This document shows positions 19,197-28,316 of a DNA stretch of 64,000 bases, piece by piece. Under the pieces are notes generated by a model. It was not told the origin of the DNA and did no database searches. It saw nothing but the letters and a program-made list of their open reading frames with translations. The stretch's first letter is position 1, and each line of letters opens with the position of its first letter. This stretch comes from an uncultured Bacilli bacterium (GTDB lineage: Bacteria > Bacillota_I > Bacilli_A > RF39 > UBA660). Location of the stretch: assembly GCA_963931685.1 (NCBI GenBank), contig OZ007038.1:975632-1039631 (forward strand), read 5' to 3'. The translations under genes and the position numbers were made by a program.

Positions 19197-19972
19197 TGAA
19201 CTGTTTTTTCTATGAAATCATTTATTTCTTCACTTGTAAATCCTTTTAAATATAGTTTTTGTTTTAATTTTGTTTTTAACGTATATCCTTCATATTTTGT
19301 TTTTAATTTATTATATATTTTTTCCATTTCTTTTTCTAATTTACTATTGTCTAATTTTATGTTTTCTAAATGATTATTAATATCTTCTTTACTATAACCT
19401 AAATTAGATAAATACAAGGTTAATTTTTGTTTAAAAATATGTTCTGTATCTTTGGTGTTTGATTTTATTTTTTTATTTATAATTTTTTCTATTTTTTCAT
19501 CAATTAAATTTTGCGTAAAATTATTTAAAGTATTTTCAATATATATGCTATCTATTTGATTTTCTTCTAATTCTTTTTTTATTTTATAAGGTCCTTCTAA
19601 GGTTAAATTAATTTTATCATTACAATAACTTTCAGCATATATTTCATCATTTAAAAGACCTATTTCTTTGAGCGCACAAATAATTTTGTTTTGATCTTTT
19701 GTTGAAACTCCATTTTTACTTAATGTTTTTCTTATTTCATATTCACTGCGAAGTTTTCTATTAATCATTTTTAAAACTTTATTATAATTTTCATAGTATA
19801 CTGTTTCTTCTTTTATTTTGTCTAATTCTTTTTTGTTTAATTTTTTATCATATAAAAGATTGTTATTAATAATAACTTGGTCATTTGTAGTTATTACTTC
19901 ATCATTATCTAAAATTATTTTATATTTATTTTTAATTTTTTTGATATTTTTTATTTTCATTGACATCACCAT
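19193..19972 (-). CDS. recX: RecX family regulator
   Basis: RKLRSEYEIRKTL, LKEIGLLNDEIYAESY, GPYKIKKEL and KLYLKGF motifs. Confidence 0.8.
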   Translation of the reverse strand: MVMSMKIKNIKKIKNKYKIILDNDEVITTNDQVIINNNLLYDKKLNKKELDKIKEETVYYENYNKVLKMINRKLRSEYEIRKTLSKNGVSTKDQNKIICALKEIGLLNDEIYAESYCNDKINLTLEGPYKIKKELEENQIDSIYIENTLNNFTQNLIDEKIEKIINKKIKSNTKDTEHIFKQKLTLYLSNLGYSKEDINNHLENIKLDNSKLEKEMEKIYNKLKTKYEGYTLKTKLKQKLYLKGFTSEEINDFIEKTVH

Positions 19973-20022
19973 ATTTAATTATATATACAAACAAATGTTT
20001 TGTAAAGAAAAAGAAAAACTTT

Positions 20023-20250
20023 TTATAGTTTTTCTATTAAAATATTTTTAGTATCTTTTAATCTTAAGGCCATAATTGTATTTTTTATTTTGTAGGCTCG
20101 CATATTATCACCAAAGTTTTTAAGTATTAGTTTTACTTTTTCTCCTTTTACAAAGCCTATATCCATGAGTCTTCTTTTAATATTTTTATCGGTATCTACT
20201 GATTTAATTATTCCCTCTTCATTTATTTTTAATTCATTTAAACTAATCAT
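20023..20250 (-). CDS. feoA: FeoA family SH3-like protein
   Basis: IKRRLMDIGFVKGEKVKL...ALRLKD. Confidence 0.8.
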   Translation of the reverse strand: MISLNELKINEEGIIKSVDTDKNIKRRLMDIGFVKGEKVKLILKNFGDNMRAYKIKNTIMALRLKDTKNILIEKL

Positions 20251-20271
20251 ATTATATTATATGTTTTTTTT

Positions 20272-20301
20272 GAATAATTGTTATATTTTAAGTACATAAT
20301 A
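20272..20301 (+). promoter_or_regulatory. SigG-type promoter of sspI
   Basis: GAATA-18 nt-CATAATA. Confidence 0.6.
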
Positions 20302-20319
20302 GATTTGAGGAGGGAAAAA

Positions 20320-20526
20320 ATGAATATAAGTATTAAGAATCATATTATGAATAATTTTAAAGGAGCAAGTAAGAATGATATTAAAGAATCAATTGTTTCA
20401 TCTTTTAATGATAAAGATGAAATAACTTTACCTGGTTTAGGAGTTTTTTTCGGGATTGTTTGGAGTAATAGTTCTCAAGAAGAACAAAATAGAATTTTAG
20501 ATATTTTAAAAGATAACCTTTCTTAG
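20320..20526 (+). CDS. sspI: Small acid-soluble spore protein SspI
   Basis: MNISIKNHIM...EITLPGLGVFFGIVW; start placed at ATG 20320 after GAGGAGGG. Confidence 0.8.
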   Translation: MNISIKNHIMNNFKGASKNDIKESIVSSFNDKDEITLPGLGVFFGIVWSNSSQEEQNRILDILKDNLS

Positions 20527-20536
20527 GGTTATCTTT

Positions 20537-21286
20537 TTAGTTTGTTCTAACAAATTCTGGTTTAGAAAACTTATCACCATTGATTGTTACTTGATATGTT
20601 GAACCATTTATTACTTGGTTAGATGTGTCTGTAAATCTTGTTTTAAATGTAATGTTTGTTTCTGTGAAGGTAAAACTATTTGGATCGATTGTTTTAGATG
20701 TTACTATATTGTCTATGTTTTGAATAGCTGGGTCTGCTATTTTAGTATCTTCTAGGGTTTCTTTTAAATCATATAATTTGACGGCATTATTTGAAAATAC
20801 TAAGACATTTGACTGTCCATCATTATTATCTAATGTGAATAGTTTATCACCATAAATTCCAAATTTAATATTGGATACATTATCAATTTTAGATGCATAT
20901 CTTTTATCATTTATGTATAACCCTGCTCTATTTCCATTTTGATCTGAGAATATAACTGTTACATTTAGTTTTTTACCATTTACTTCAAGATTATTTACAT
21001 TGTATCTGCTATAGCCATTTTTACATTTTGGACCAGTTAAACCATTATATTCATCCATAGTTAAATTAAATGTACATTCATTTGAGATTTCTGGATATGG
21101 GTTAATGTCCACCATTGGTACAGTTTTTGCTGTTTGTTCTTTTGGTTCTTCTTTTTTAGTACTATTTAAAATTGTAAATGTTAAAGCTATTATTAAACCA
21201 ATTACTACAATCATTAAAATATACACTAAAATTAACTTATTTTTTTCCCCTTTCATTTCTTTCACCTCTATTATATAGGATAACAC
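20537..21286 (-). CDS. Hypothetical membrane-anchored protein
   Basis: N-terminal TM helix and a beta-rich extracellular domain; family not recognised. Confidence 0.7.
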   Translation of the reverse strand: MLSYIIEVKEMKGEKNKLILVYILMIVVIGLIIALTFTILNSTKKEEPKEQTAKTVPMVDINPYPEISNECTFNLTMDEYNGLTGPKCKNGYSRYNVNNLEVNGKKLNVTVIFSDQNGNRAGLYINDKRYASKIDNVSNIKFGIYGDKLFTLDNNDGQSNVLVFSNNAVKLYDLKETLEDTKIADPAIQNIDNIVTSKTIDPNSFTFTETNITFKTRFTDTSNQVINGSTYQVTINGDKFSKPEFVRTN

Positions 21287-21310
21287 ATTTTTAATTAAAA
21301 ATATATAGTT

Positions 21311-24193
21311 TTAATTTAGTTTGAGAATTTTGTTTGCTATTATTTGATATTCATCATATCTTTTTTCTACTTTACCTGTTATTTTTAAAATATCACCTAT
21401 TTCAATTGCTGGAGATATTTTATAGGTTCTTGGGAAGACTACTATATCAGCTTGAGATAGTTCATCACTGGCAGTAATAAACATCATTTTTTCTTTAGCT
21501 TTTGTATCAATTTCTTTTATTTTATCGACATAGATAATGGCTTCAATTATTTTATCAAAGTAATTACTAATATCTTTTAGTTCTATGGCTTTTGGGTTTT
21601 GTTTTTTATATTCTGTTACCGGATGATTACTTAAATAAAATCCGAATACTTCTAGTTCTTTTTGCATTAATTCTTTTTTAGTAAATTCTGGGTATAATTC
21701 TAATTCTGGTTTAAAGGTATCATCAGAAACATAAGCTCCTATTTCACTATAATTAGTAATAAGTTCTAAGTTTAGAATTAATGTTTTTTTATTAAATCCA
21801 AAGGAATCAAAAGTTCCAGCATATATTAAATTTTCTAATGTTTTAGAGTTTATAGTGCCTCCATAACAACGACAGACAAAATCAAATATATCTTTAAATT
21901 TTCTTTTATTTCTTTCCTCTAATATTATTTTAGTGGCATTTGTTCCGACATTTTTTATATTAGTTAAAGGAAATATTATTTGATTATTAATGGTTACATA
22001 GCTCTCTTCGCTTATGTTTATATCTGGTTTATGGATAATTATTCCATTTTTAGAACATTCATATATATATTCTTTAGTTTTTGTTTCACTATTAATAGCA
22101 CTAGATAAAAGATGTTTCATAAATATTTTGGGATAGTGAGCTTTTAGGTAAGCCATGCGGTAAGATATCATGGCATAAGCAACTGAATGTGAACGGTTAA
22201 ATCCATAATCAGCAAATCTAAAAATCATGTCATAGACGTTTTGAGCAAGTTCTTTATCATAACCTTTTTCAATACTACCTTTAATAAATTTATCTTTTTC
22301 CTTTAACAAAATATTTTCACTTTTTTTACTCATAGCTCTTCTAAGTAAATCTGCTTCAGCCAAGGTATAGCCAGCCATAGTACTTGCTATATGCATTATT
22401 TGTTCTTGATAAACAATGATACCATATGTTGGTTTTAAAATTGGTTCTAAGTCTTTATGAAAATAATCGATCTTTTCTAATCCTTTTTTTCTTCTAATAT
22501 ATGAGTCAATATTTTTCATGGGTCCTGGTCTAAATAGCGCTAGAGCGGATACAATGTCTTCAAAGGTAGTTGGTTTAAATTTTTGTAGAAACTTTTTCAT
22601 ACCTTCTGATTCAAATTGAAATATGCCTATGGTATTTACTTGATTGAAAATGTTTAAAGCTTTTGGATCATCTTCTGGAATGGTATCAAATTCTAAGTTT
22701 TCTATTTCTTTTAAAATGTTTGTTATTAATGTTAAGTTTTTTAGACCTAAGAAATCCATTTTAAGTAATCCTAGTTCTTCTAGATGGTCTTTATCATATT
22801 CTGTTGCGTAAAATTCGTCATGAGTTTTATCTAATGGTATATAATCATCTAGATTATATTTAGACATAACAATACCGGCGGCGTGCAAGGACGTATGACG
22901 TTTTAATCCTTCAAATCTAGAGGCTATTTTATAAATGGGTTTAAATTCTGGATTTATTTCTAAAAATCTTTTTACTTTAGGATTTTGATAGTTTTGCTTT
23001 AGGGTTAATCTTGAGTCTAAGAGTTTACTTAGGTGGTCTACTCTATCTTGTTCAATGTTTATGGTTCTACAAACATCTTTAATGGCTTGTTTAGCGGCTA
23101 AAGTTCCAAAGGTAACTATTAGTGCTACTTTTTTTAATCCATATTTTTGCATGCAATACTCTATTACTTCTTCTCTTCTTGTGTCTTCAAAGTCGACATC
23201 GATATCAGGCATGGTTATTCTTTCTGGGTTTAAGAATCTTTCAAATAATAAATTATATTTTAAAGGATCAATAGTTGTTATATTTAATGTATAAGCTACT
23301 AATGAACCTGCCGCACTTCCCCTACCGGGTCCAACTAAAATGCCTTTATTTTTTGCGTATTTAATGTAGTCTGATACAATTAAAAAATAATCACAAAAAC
23401 CCATTTTATTTATTATTTCTAATTCATGTTTTAATCTTATGGCATATTTTTTAGGGGCTTTGCTTCCAAATATTTTTTTCATACCTTCAATGCATGCTTT
23501 TTTTAATTCTGTATAAGCGTCTTGATTTTTATTAAATACCGGTAACAAATCTTGATGTGTTTTTATTTTGACATCGCATAAGCTTACTAATAATTCGTTA
23601 TTTTTATCTTGATTTGGGAGTGGTAATAAGCTGACATTTATGAAGTTTTCTTTTACTTCATTTACTTTAATGCCTTCTTTAATAGCTTTTAAGTATTTTA
23701 AGTATTTTTCGTCTTCTTTATTTATACATAAAATTTCATTCATATATAATATATTACTAGCTTTTATTTTAGATTTTTGCTGTTCATCTTTATAAGTTAT
23801 AAAAATATGTTTATATAGTTTTGTTAATTCGTTATATAATTTCCTACTTTCATAAGGAACTAGACAAACAAGGTTAGATGAATATTCAGATAAATCATCG
23901 ATGGTGAGTTTTTTTTCTGACTTGATTGTTGTTAATTTAATTAGGTTTTTATATCCTTCATAATTTTGAGCATATAAAATTACTATTTCGGGTAAGGATA
24001 ATTCTAAACCAATTATTGGTTTAATATTATATTTTTGACACGCTTTATAAAAATCTAAGACTCCATACATATTATTATCAGTAATAGTTAGAGCTTCTAT
24101 GTGGTTTTCAAAGGCAGTTTTAACTAAATCTTCAATTTTTATCATACTTTTTAAAAGTGAGTTACATGTTTTTATATTGAGTGGTGCATACAT
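21311..24193 (-). CDS. dnaE: DNA polymerase III alpha subunit
   Basis: PHP domain, GPGRGSAAGSLVAY, FERFLNPERITMPDIDVDF, GFNRSHSVAY, C-terminal OB fold. Confidence 0.95.
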   Translation of the reverse strand: MYAPLNIKTCNSLLKSMIKIEDLVKTAFENHIEALTITDNNMYGVLDFYKACQKYNIKPIIGLELSLPEIVILYAQNYEGYKNLIKLTTIKSEKKLTIDDLSEYSSNLVCLVPYESRKLYNELTKLYKHIFITYKDEQQKSKIKASNILYMNEILCINKEDEKYLKYLKAIKEGIKVNEVKENFINVSLLPLPNQDKNNELLVSLCDVKIKTHQDLLPVFNKNQDAYTELKKACIEGMKKIFGSKAPKKYAIRLKHELEIINKMGFCDYFLIVSDYIKYAKNKGILVGPGRGSAAGSLVAYTLNITTIDPLKYNLLFERFLNPERITMPDIDVDFEDTRREEVIEYCMQKYGLKKVALIVTFGTLAAKQAIKDVCRTINIEQDRVDHLSKLLDSRLTLKQNYQNPKVKRFLEINPEFKPIYKIASRFEGLKRHTSLHAAGIVMSKYNLDDYIPLDKTHDEFYATEYDKDHLEELGLLKMDFLGLKNLTLITNILKEIENLEFDTIPEDDPKALNIFNQVNTIGIFQFESEGMKKFLQKFKPTTFEDIVSALALFRPGPMKNIDSYIRRKKGLEKIDYFHKDLEPILKPTYGIIVYQEQIMHIASTMAGYTLAEADLLRRAMSKKSENILLKEKDKFIKGSIEKGYDKELAQNVYDMIFRFADYGFNRSHSVAYAMISYRMAYLKAHYPKIFMKHLLSSAINSETKTKEYIYECSKNGIIIHKPDINISEESYVTINNQIIFPLTNIKNVGTNATKIILEERNKRKFKDIFDFVCRCYGGTINSKTLENLIYAGTFDSFGFNKKTLILNLELITNYSEIGAYVSDDTFKPELELYPEFTKKELMQKELEVFGFYLSNHPVTEYKKQNPKAIELKDISNYFDKIIEAIIYVDKIKEIDTKAKEKMMFITASDELSQADIVVFPRTYKISPAIEIGDILKITGKVEKRYDEYQIIANKILKLN

Positions 24194-24318
24194 AATATCC
24201 CTCCATTTTTATTTTACTATAATTTTTAAATATTCTAAAGAAAAACTTGTTGTTTTTCTTTACATTTATCTTTATTCATTGATATAATAATCCTTAACAG
24301 TTAGAAAGGACATTTGAT

Positions 24319-25728
24319 ATGAATATTATAAATAATTTTAGTTTAGATGATATTGTTAAAAATTTAGGTATTGGTTATATTTATAAAGTTAGACATGGGG
24401 TTGTTAATAAACTTAGAGGAGTTCAAGATTATTATGAGGTGGAATGTGCTGATTTAGGTTTTTTGGCTGCCGATGATATTTTTGTTTCACTAATGAATGA
24501 TGTAGGAACAACATATCCAATGGGAAATTGTTTTGATGAAGATAAGTTTGTTATTGATTTTAAATCTTTTTCAGATCTTAGTAGTGAATATACAGGATAC
24601 GAACCAGAGTTATTTTTAGAAAAATATAAATCAGGAGTAGGAAAATTTTATACTTGGGATTTTGAAAAAAAAGATTTCGAAGAGATTACTGATAAGAAAT
24701 TTTTAGCTAAACAAAAGAAGAAGGAAAAGGTAAATTTAAACGATTTAGATATTTTAAAAATGTATGATGAAGTTAAGAAGACTATTATTGCTCAAGATGA
24801 GCAAGTTAAACAGGTTTTATCTTCTGTTTATAAGAATCAAAGAATCATTAATTCTTCTTTAGATGATGAGACTATTTCAAAATTAAAAGAAAATATTATT
24901 GTTTACGGTCCTACAGGGACTGGTAAAACAGAAATTCTTTCACAAATTGCCAAATTATGTGAGGTTCCTATTGTTATTGAAGATGTAACTTCTTTTTCCG
25001 AAACGGGATATGTTGGTAGAGATGTATCTGAAATGCTTAGTGATTTATATGCAAGAGCAGGAATGGATTTAGAATTTGCCCAAAAAGGAATTTTAGTTAT
25101 TGATGAATTTGATAAGATTGCCGAAGGTGGAATGGATGGGAATACAGAGGGTCCTTCTAGAAATGGTGTTCAAAGATCTCTTTTAAAATTACTAGATGGT
25201 GGCACTATTAATTTTAGGGAAGATAATTATGATGGAACTATGATTGATTTTAACACTTCTAAACTAACTGTAGTTGCACTGGGAGCTTTTAGCGGAATTA
25301 AAAAAAATGATGACTACTCTGATATTGCTACTAAGGATTTTATAGATTATGGAATTATGAGAGAAGTTATGGGAAGATTTTCTAAACTTGTTTCAATGAA
25401 CGCTTTTTCTAAGGAAGAGTATAAAAGAATTTTATTAGAATCAAATTTAAGTCCTTTAAATACTTATAAAAAATTATTTGAAGAAATGGGAATTAGATTT
25501 TCTTACGATGATGATTTAATCGACTATATTGCTGATGAAGCTGTTGCATTAGATTGTGGGGCTAGAAGTTTAAAAACGGTATTCGATGGAATTATAAGTG
25601 ATAGTTTATTTGATTTATTTGCTGGTAATACTAAGGAAATACATTTGACTAAGCCAGCTGACATGAGCAAATCATATAGAGCTAAAAAGTTAGCTTCTGA
25701 AAATAGAAAACAAGTAGGTTTTTATTAG
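24319..25728 (+). CDS. ClpX/HslU-like AAA+ ATPase with an atypical N-terminal domain
   Basis: Walker A GPTGTGKT, SETGYVGRDV, Walker B LVIDEFDKI, GVQRSLLKLLDG, GARSLKT; no Cys4 zinc domain. Confidence 0.75.
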   Translation: MNIINNFSLDDIVKNLGIGYIYKVRHGVVNKLRGVQDYYEVECADLGFLAADDIFVSLMNDVGTTYPMGNCFDEDKFVIDFKSFSDLSSEYTGYEPELFLEKYKSGVGKFYTWDFEKKDFEEITDKKFLAKQKKKEKVNLNDLDILKMYDEVKKTIIAQDEQVKQVLSSVYKNQRIINSSLDDETISKLKENIIVYGPTGTGKTEILSQIAKLCEVPIVIEDVTSFSETGYVGRDVSEMLSDLYARAGMDLEFAQKGILVIDEFDKIAEGGMDGNTEGPSRNGVQRSLLKLLDGGTINFREDNYDGTMIDFNTSKLTVVALGAFSGIKKNDDYSDIATKDFIDYGIMREVMGRFSKLVSMNAFSKEEYKRILLESNLSPLNTYKKLFEEMGIRFSYDDDLIDYIADEAVALDCGARSLKTVFDGIISDSLFDLFAGNTKEIHLTKPADMSKSYRAKKLASENRKQVGFY

Positions 25729-25809
25729 ATTTATTTATAAATATTTGACTTATTAATGATATTGTGATAAAGTTATATAGCGAAGAAAAAAACTTAAGGA
25801 GGGATAATC

Positions 25810-25983
25810 ATGGCAAAAAAAATAACTGAGGCTAAACCATTATTTGGTAATCGCCGTTCACATGCTTTAAATGCAACTAAACATGCTTTTAAACCAAATT
25901 TACAAACAGTAACTATTAATGGAAAAAAATATAGAGTTTCTGCTAGAGAATTAAAAAGTATCAAAAAAATGTTAGCTGCTTAA
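25810..25983 (+). CDS. rpmB: 50S ribosomal protein L28, not in the ORF track
   Basis: [32 protein letters not shown]...[11 protein letters not shown] (57 aa); GGAGG RBS; terminator follows. Confidence 0.9.
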   Translation: MAKKITEAKPLFGNRRSHALNATKHAFKPNLQTVTINGKKYRVSARELKSIKKMLAA

Positions 25984-26041
25984 GTCCATGGTTATGGACT
26001 TTTTTTCATGTTAAAAGAAAGCCTGAGAGAATAAGGCTTTC

Positions 26042-27301
26042 TTATTTTATTATAAAGGAGATTCCGGTACGTTCGTTTTTGGCAGTTACTTCATACCCTA
26101 GTAGGGATAGGGTTTGTTTAACAATCGATAACCCCAATCCAAACTGTCCGTTAATTCCTTTTTTGTAAGGAGTAAACATGTCGTTTAAAATGCTTTCATC
26201 GATATTCGGTCCATCATTATAAAAGGTAATACGTTTATTTTTTACTGTTATCTTCACCTCTTTTTTTGCATACCTTATGAAATTACTTAAGATATTATCA
26301 ATAATGGCTTCCCACATATCTTGGGTTCCTTTAAAATCCGTCTTCTTATCTAGAATATCAATTTGCCATTTAATATCTGGCCTAGTCATTTTAAACTTAG
26401 ATACGGAATTTTCTAATATATCAACAACATTTATCATGCCACTTTTATAGTTTTCCATATCTTTAAAATACGTTAATTTATTCAAATATAGTAAGGAGTG
26501 TACTTTAATTTCTAATTTTTTTATTTCTTGTTTTATTATATTAAGTCCTGTTTTTTCGTCTTCTACACCATCTTCAATAGCTTCTATATATGATTTTATA
26601 ACGGTGAGAGGGGTTTTAAAATCATGAGAAATATTTTGATACATTTGGTTTTTATATTCTTCTTGTTTATGTAGGGTAAGCTTCATTTCATCGATGGCTT
26701 TAGATAGGACTTTTAATTCATCATCTACTTTATAATTATATTTGTCGACGTAGTTATCATTATCTAAATTATCTACTTTTTCTTTTAGATGACGAATCTT
26801 TTGGGCGAGGGACTGACTCCACCATGCTACTATAGCAAGCATTAGTAGCAAAGTGATTAATAGGACTGGGAATAGAGCCTCTAGTATGTCAGCCCGCATT
26901 TGACGTACATAATTATCATTTGTAATTGCGACACGATAACTTGCATTGTCATTTAGTGTATTATAATAGTAAGTTTTTCCTTGGTAATTAAATTTACCAT
27001 ATTCCCCGTTTATGTTCTCTAAAATTTGATTAGCTGAAAGATTTATTACTTCTTTTAAATTACTAGATGTAGTAATTATATTATTTTTTTCATATATATA
27101 AGCTATACTGCTATCAATTTCAGTAGAATTTACATCTGATTTTACAACATCTAGTGGAGTTTTTAGATATAAGTATATATTTTTTTCGTAAATTGGTATT
27201 AAGACTTTTGGGAGTATAATCGCAAAACTTATATATATAAGGGCAAACATTATTAAGACAATAGTTAGAATTTGTCTATATAAATTATGTCTTAAGTTCA
27301 T
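26042..27301 (-). CDS. Two-component sensor histidine kinase (CssS-like)
   Basis: Two TMs, HAMP, H-box QNISHDFKTPL, N-box IDNILSNFIRY, GQFGLGLSIV. Confidence 0.9.
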   Translation of the reverse strand: MNLRHNLYRQILTIVLIMFALIYISFAIILPKVLIPIYEKNIYLYLKTPLDVVKSDVNSTEIDSSIAYIYEKNNIITTSSNLKEVINLSANQILENINGEYGKFNYQGKTYYYNTLNDNASYRVAITNDNYVRQMRADILEALFPVLLITLLLMLAIVAWWSQSLAQKIRHLKEKVDNLDNDNYVDKYNYKVDDELKVLSKAIDEMKLTLHKQEEYKNQMYQNISHDFKTPLTVIKSYIEAIEDGVEDEKTGLNIIKQEIKKLEIKVHSLLYLNKLTYFKDMENYKSGMINVVDILENSVSKFKMTRPDIKWQIDILDKKTDFKGTQDMWEAIIDNILSNFIRYAKKEVKITVKNKRITFYNDGPNIDESILNDMFTPYKKGINGQFGLGLSIVKQTLSLLGYEVTAKNERTGISFIIK

Positions 27302-27951
27302 GACAATCTATATCCATATCCATAAATAGTATTTAATCTTAGCTTTGGCATTTTCTTTCTAAGTCTTCTTACTAAGTCATCTACTACTCTATCACTACCG
27401 AAGTAGTTATCTCCCCAAACTGTTTCTAATATATGACTTCTAGAAAATGATTTGTTTTTATTTTGGACTAGCATTAATAGTAAATCGAATTCCAAAGTAG
27501 TGAGAGAAAGTTCTTTAGATTCATCTTTAACTAGTCTTTTATCAATATCTATTTCATATGTATCGTACATTATTTTTTGGGTTTGGCCCATATAAGTTCT
27601 TTTTATAATATTATTAACTCTTAATACTAATTCTTTTGGTGAGTATGGCTTAGTTACGTAATCATCACTCCCTAACTCTAAGCCAATTATTTTATCTAAA
27701 TCTTGATCACGAGCTGATGTAAATATTACAGGAACATCATTGCTTTCTCTTATTTTTTTTATAATGTCATAACCACTTATTTCATCGCCTAACATTATAT
27801 CTAATATCCATAAATTAACTTTATCAGTTACGTGATTTAAAGCATCGGTTCCATTATAATATTGTATTACTTCATACCCTGCTCTTTCTAAATATGATTT
27901 TATTAATCCATTTAAATTTTTTTCATCTTCAACTAAACAAATCTTATACAT
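27298..27951 (-). CDS. OmpR-family response regulator
   Basis: LVEDE, ILDIML, GSDDYVTKPYSPKEL; winged helix IYGYGY. Confidence 0.92.
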   Translation of the reverse strand: MYKICLVEDEKNLNGLIKSYLERAGYEVIQYYNGTDALNHVTDKVNLWILDIMLGDEISGYDIIKKIRESNDVPVIFTSARDQDLDKIIGLELGSDDYVTKPYSPKELVLRVNNIIKRTYMGQTQKIMYDTYEIDIDKRLVKDESKELSLTTLEFDLLLMLVQNKNKSFSRSHILETVWGDNYFGSDRVVDDLVRRLRKKMPKLRLNTIYGYGYRLS

Positions 27952-28216
27952 TAATTATCGCCTCATTTATAGTATAACACTATTTTTGAAATTTCTCATC
28001 TATCACGACCTTTCTAAGAGCTTTTCTTTTGCTCTGTAATAATCATACTAAATCATTGTGGTGTAATTTTGATAAAAATATGGGAAATTGTGGTAATAAA
28101 AATTTCAATTAAAAATCTTGTCAAGTATAGTTATAAATATCATCTAATTTTCTCTTTGAACAATCATTAATAGTTAATTTTTCACTTTTACCAACTCCAT
28201 TTCATACATATTAAAA

Positions 28217-28316
28217 ATCTAGTGTGTTTTTTAATTTACACACTAGATTATACACCATCAATGAAAAAATTTACACACTAATCTTGACAAGACCACACTA
28301 GATTATACACAGTCTA
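28217..28316. repeat. Cluster of IS256-like terminal sequences: 17-bp direct repeat plus 11-bp hairpin
   Basis: cacactagattatacac at 28239-28255 and 28294-28310; 31-mer at 28264-28294 identical to 37549-37579; inverted repeat aatctagtgtg/cacactagatt at 28216-28249. Confidence 0.6.

Noticed and set aside
20023-20250. feoA without an adjacent feoB
   Set aside because: Stand-alone FeoA genes are common, and feoB may lie elsewhere.
17799-26006. Similar aagtccatgg...ggactt hairpins after the YjcZ-like genes and rpmB
   Set aside because: Both sit where ordinary intrinsic terminators are expected.
28217-28316. Short repeats considered as a CRISPR array or a dif site
   Set aside because: There are only two 17-bp copies, no regular repeat-spacer run, no cas genes, and a poor match to the Firmicute dif consensus.
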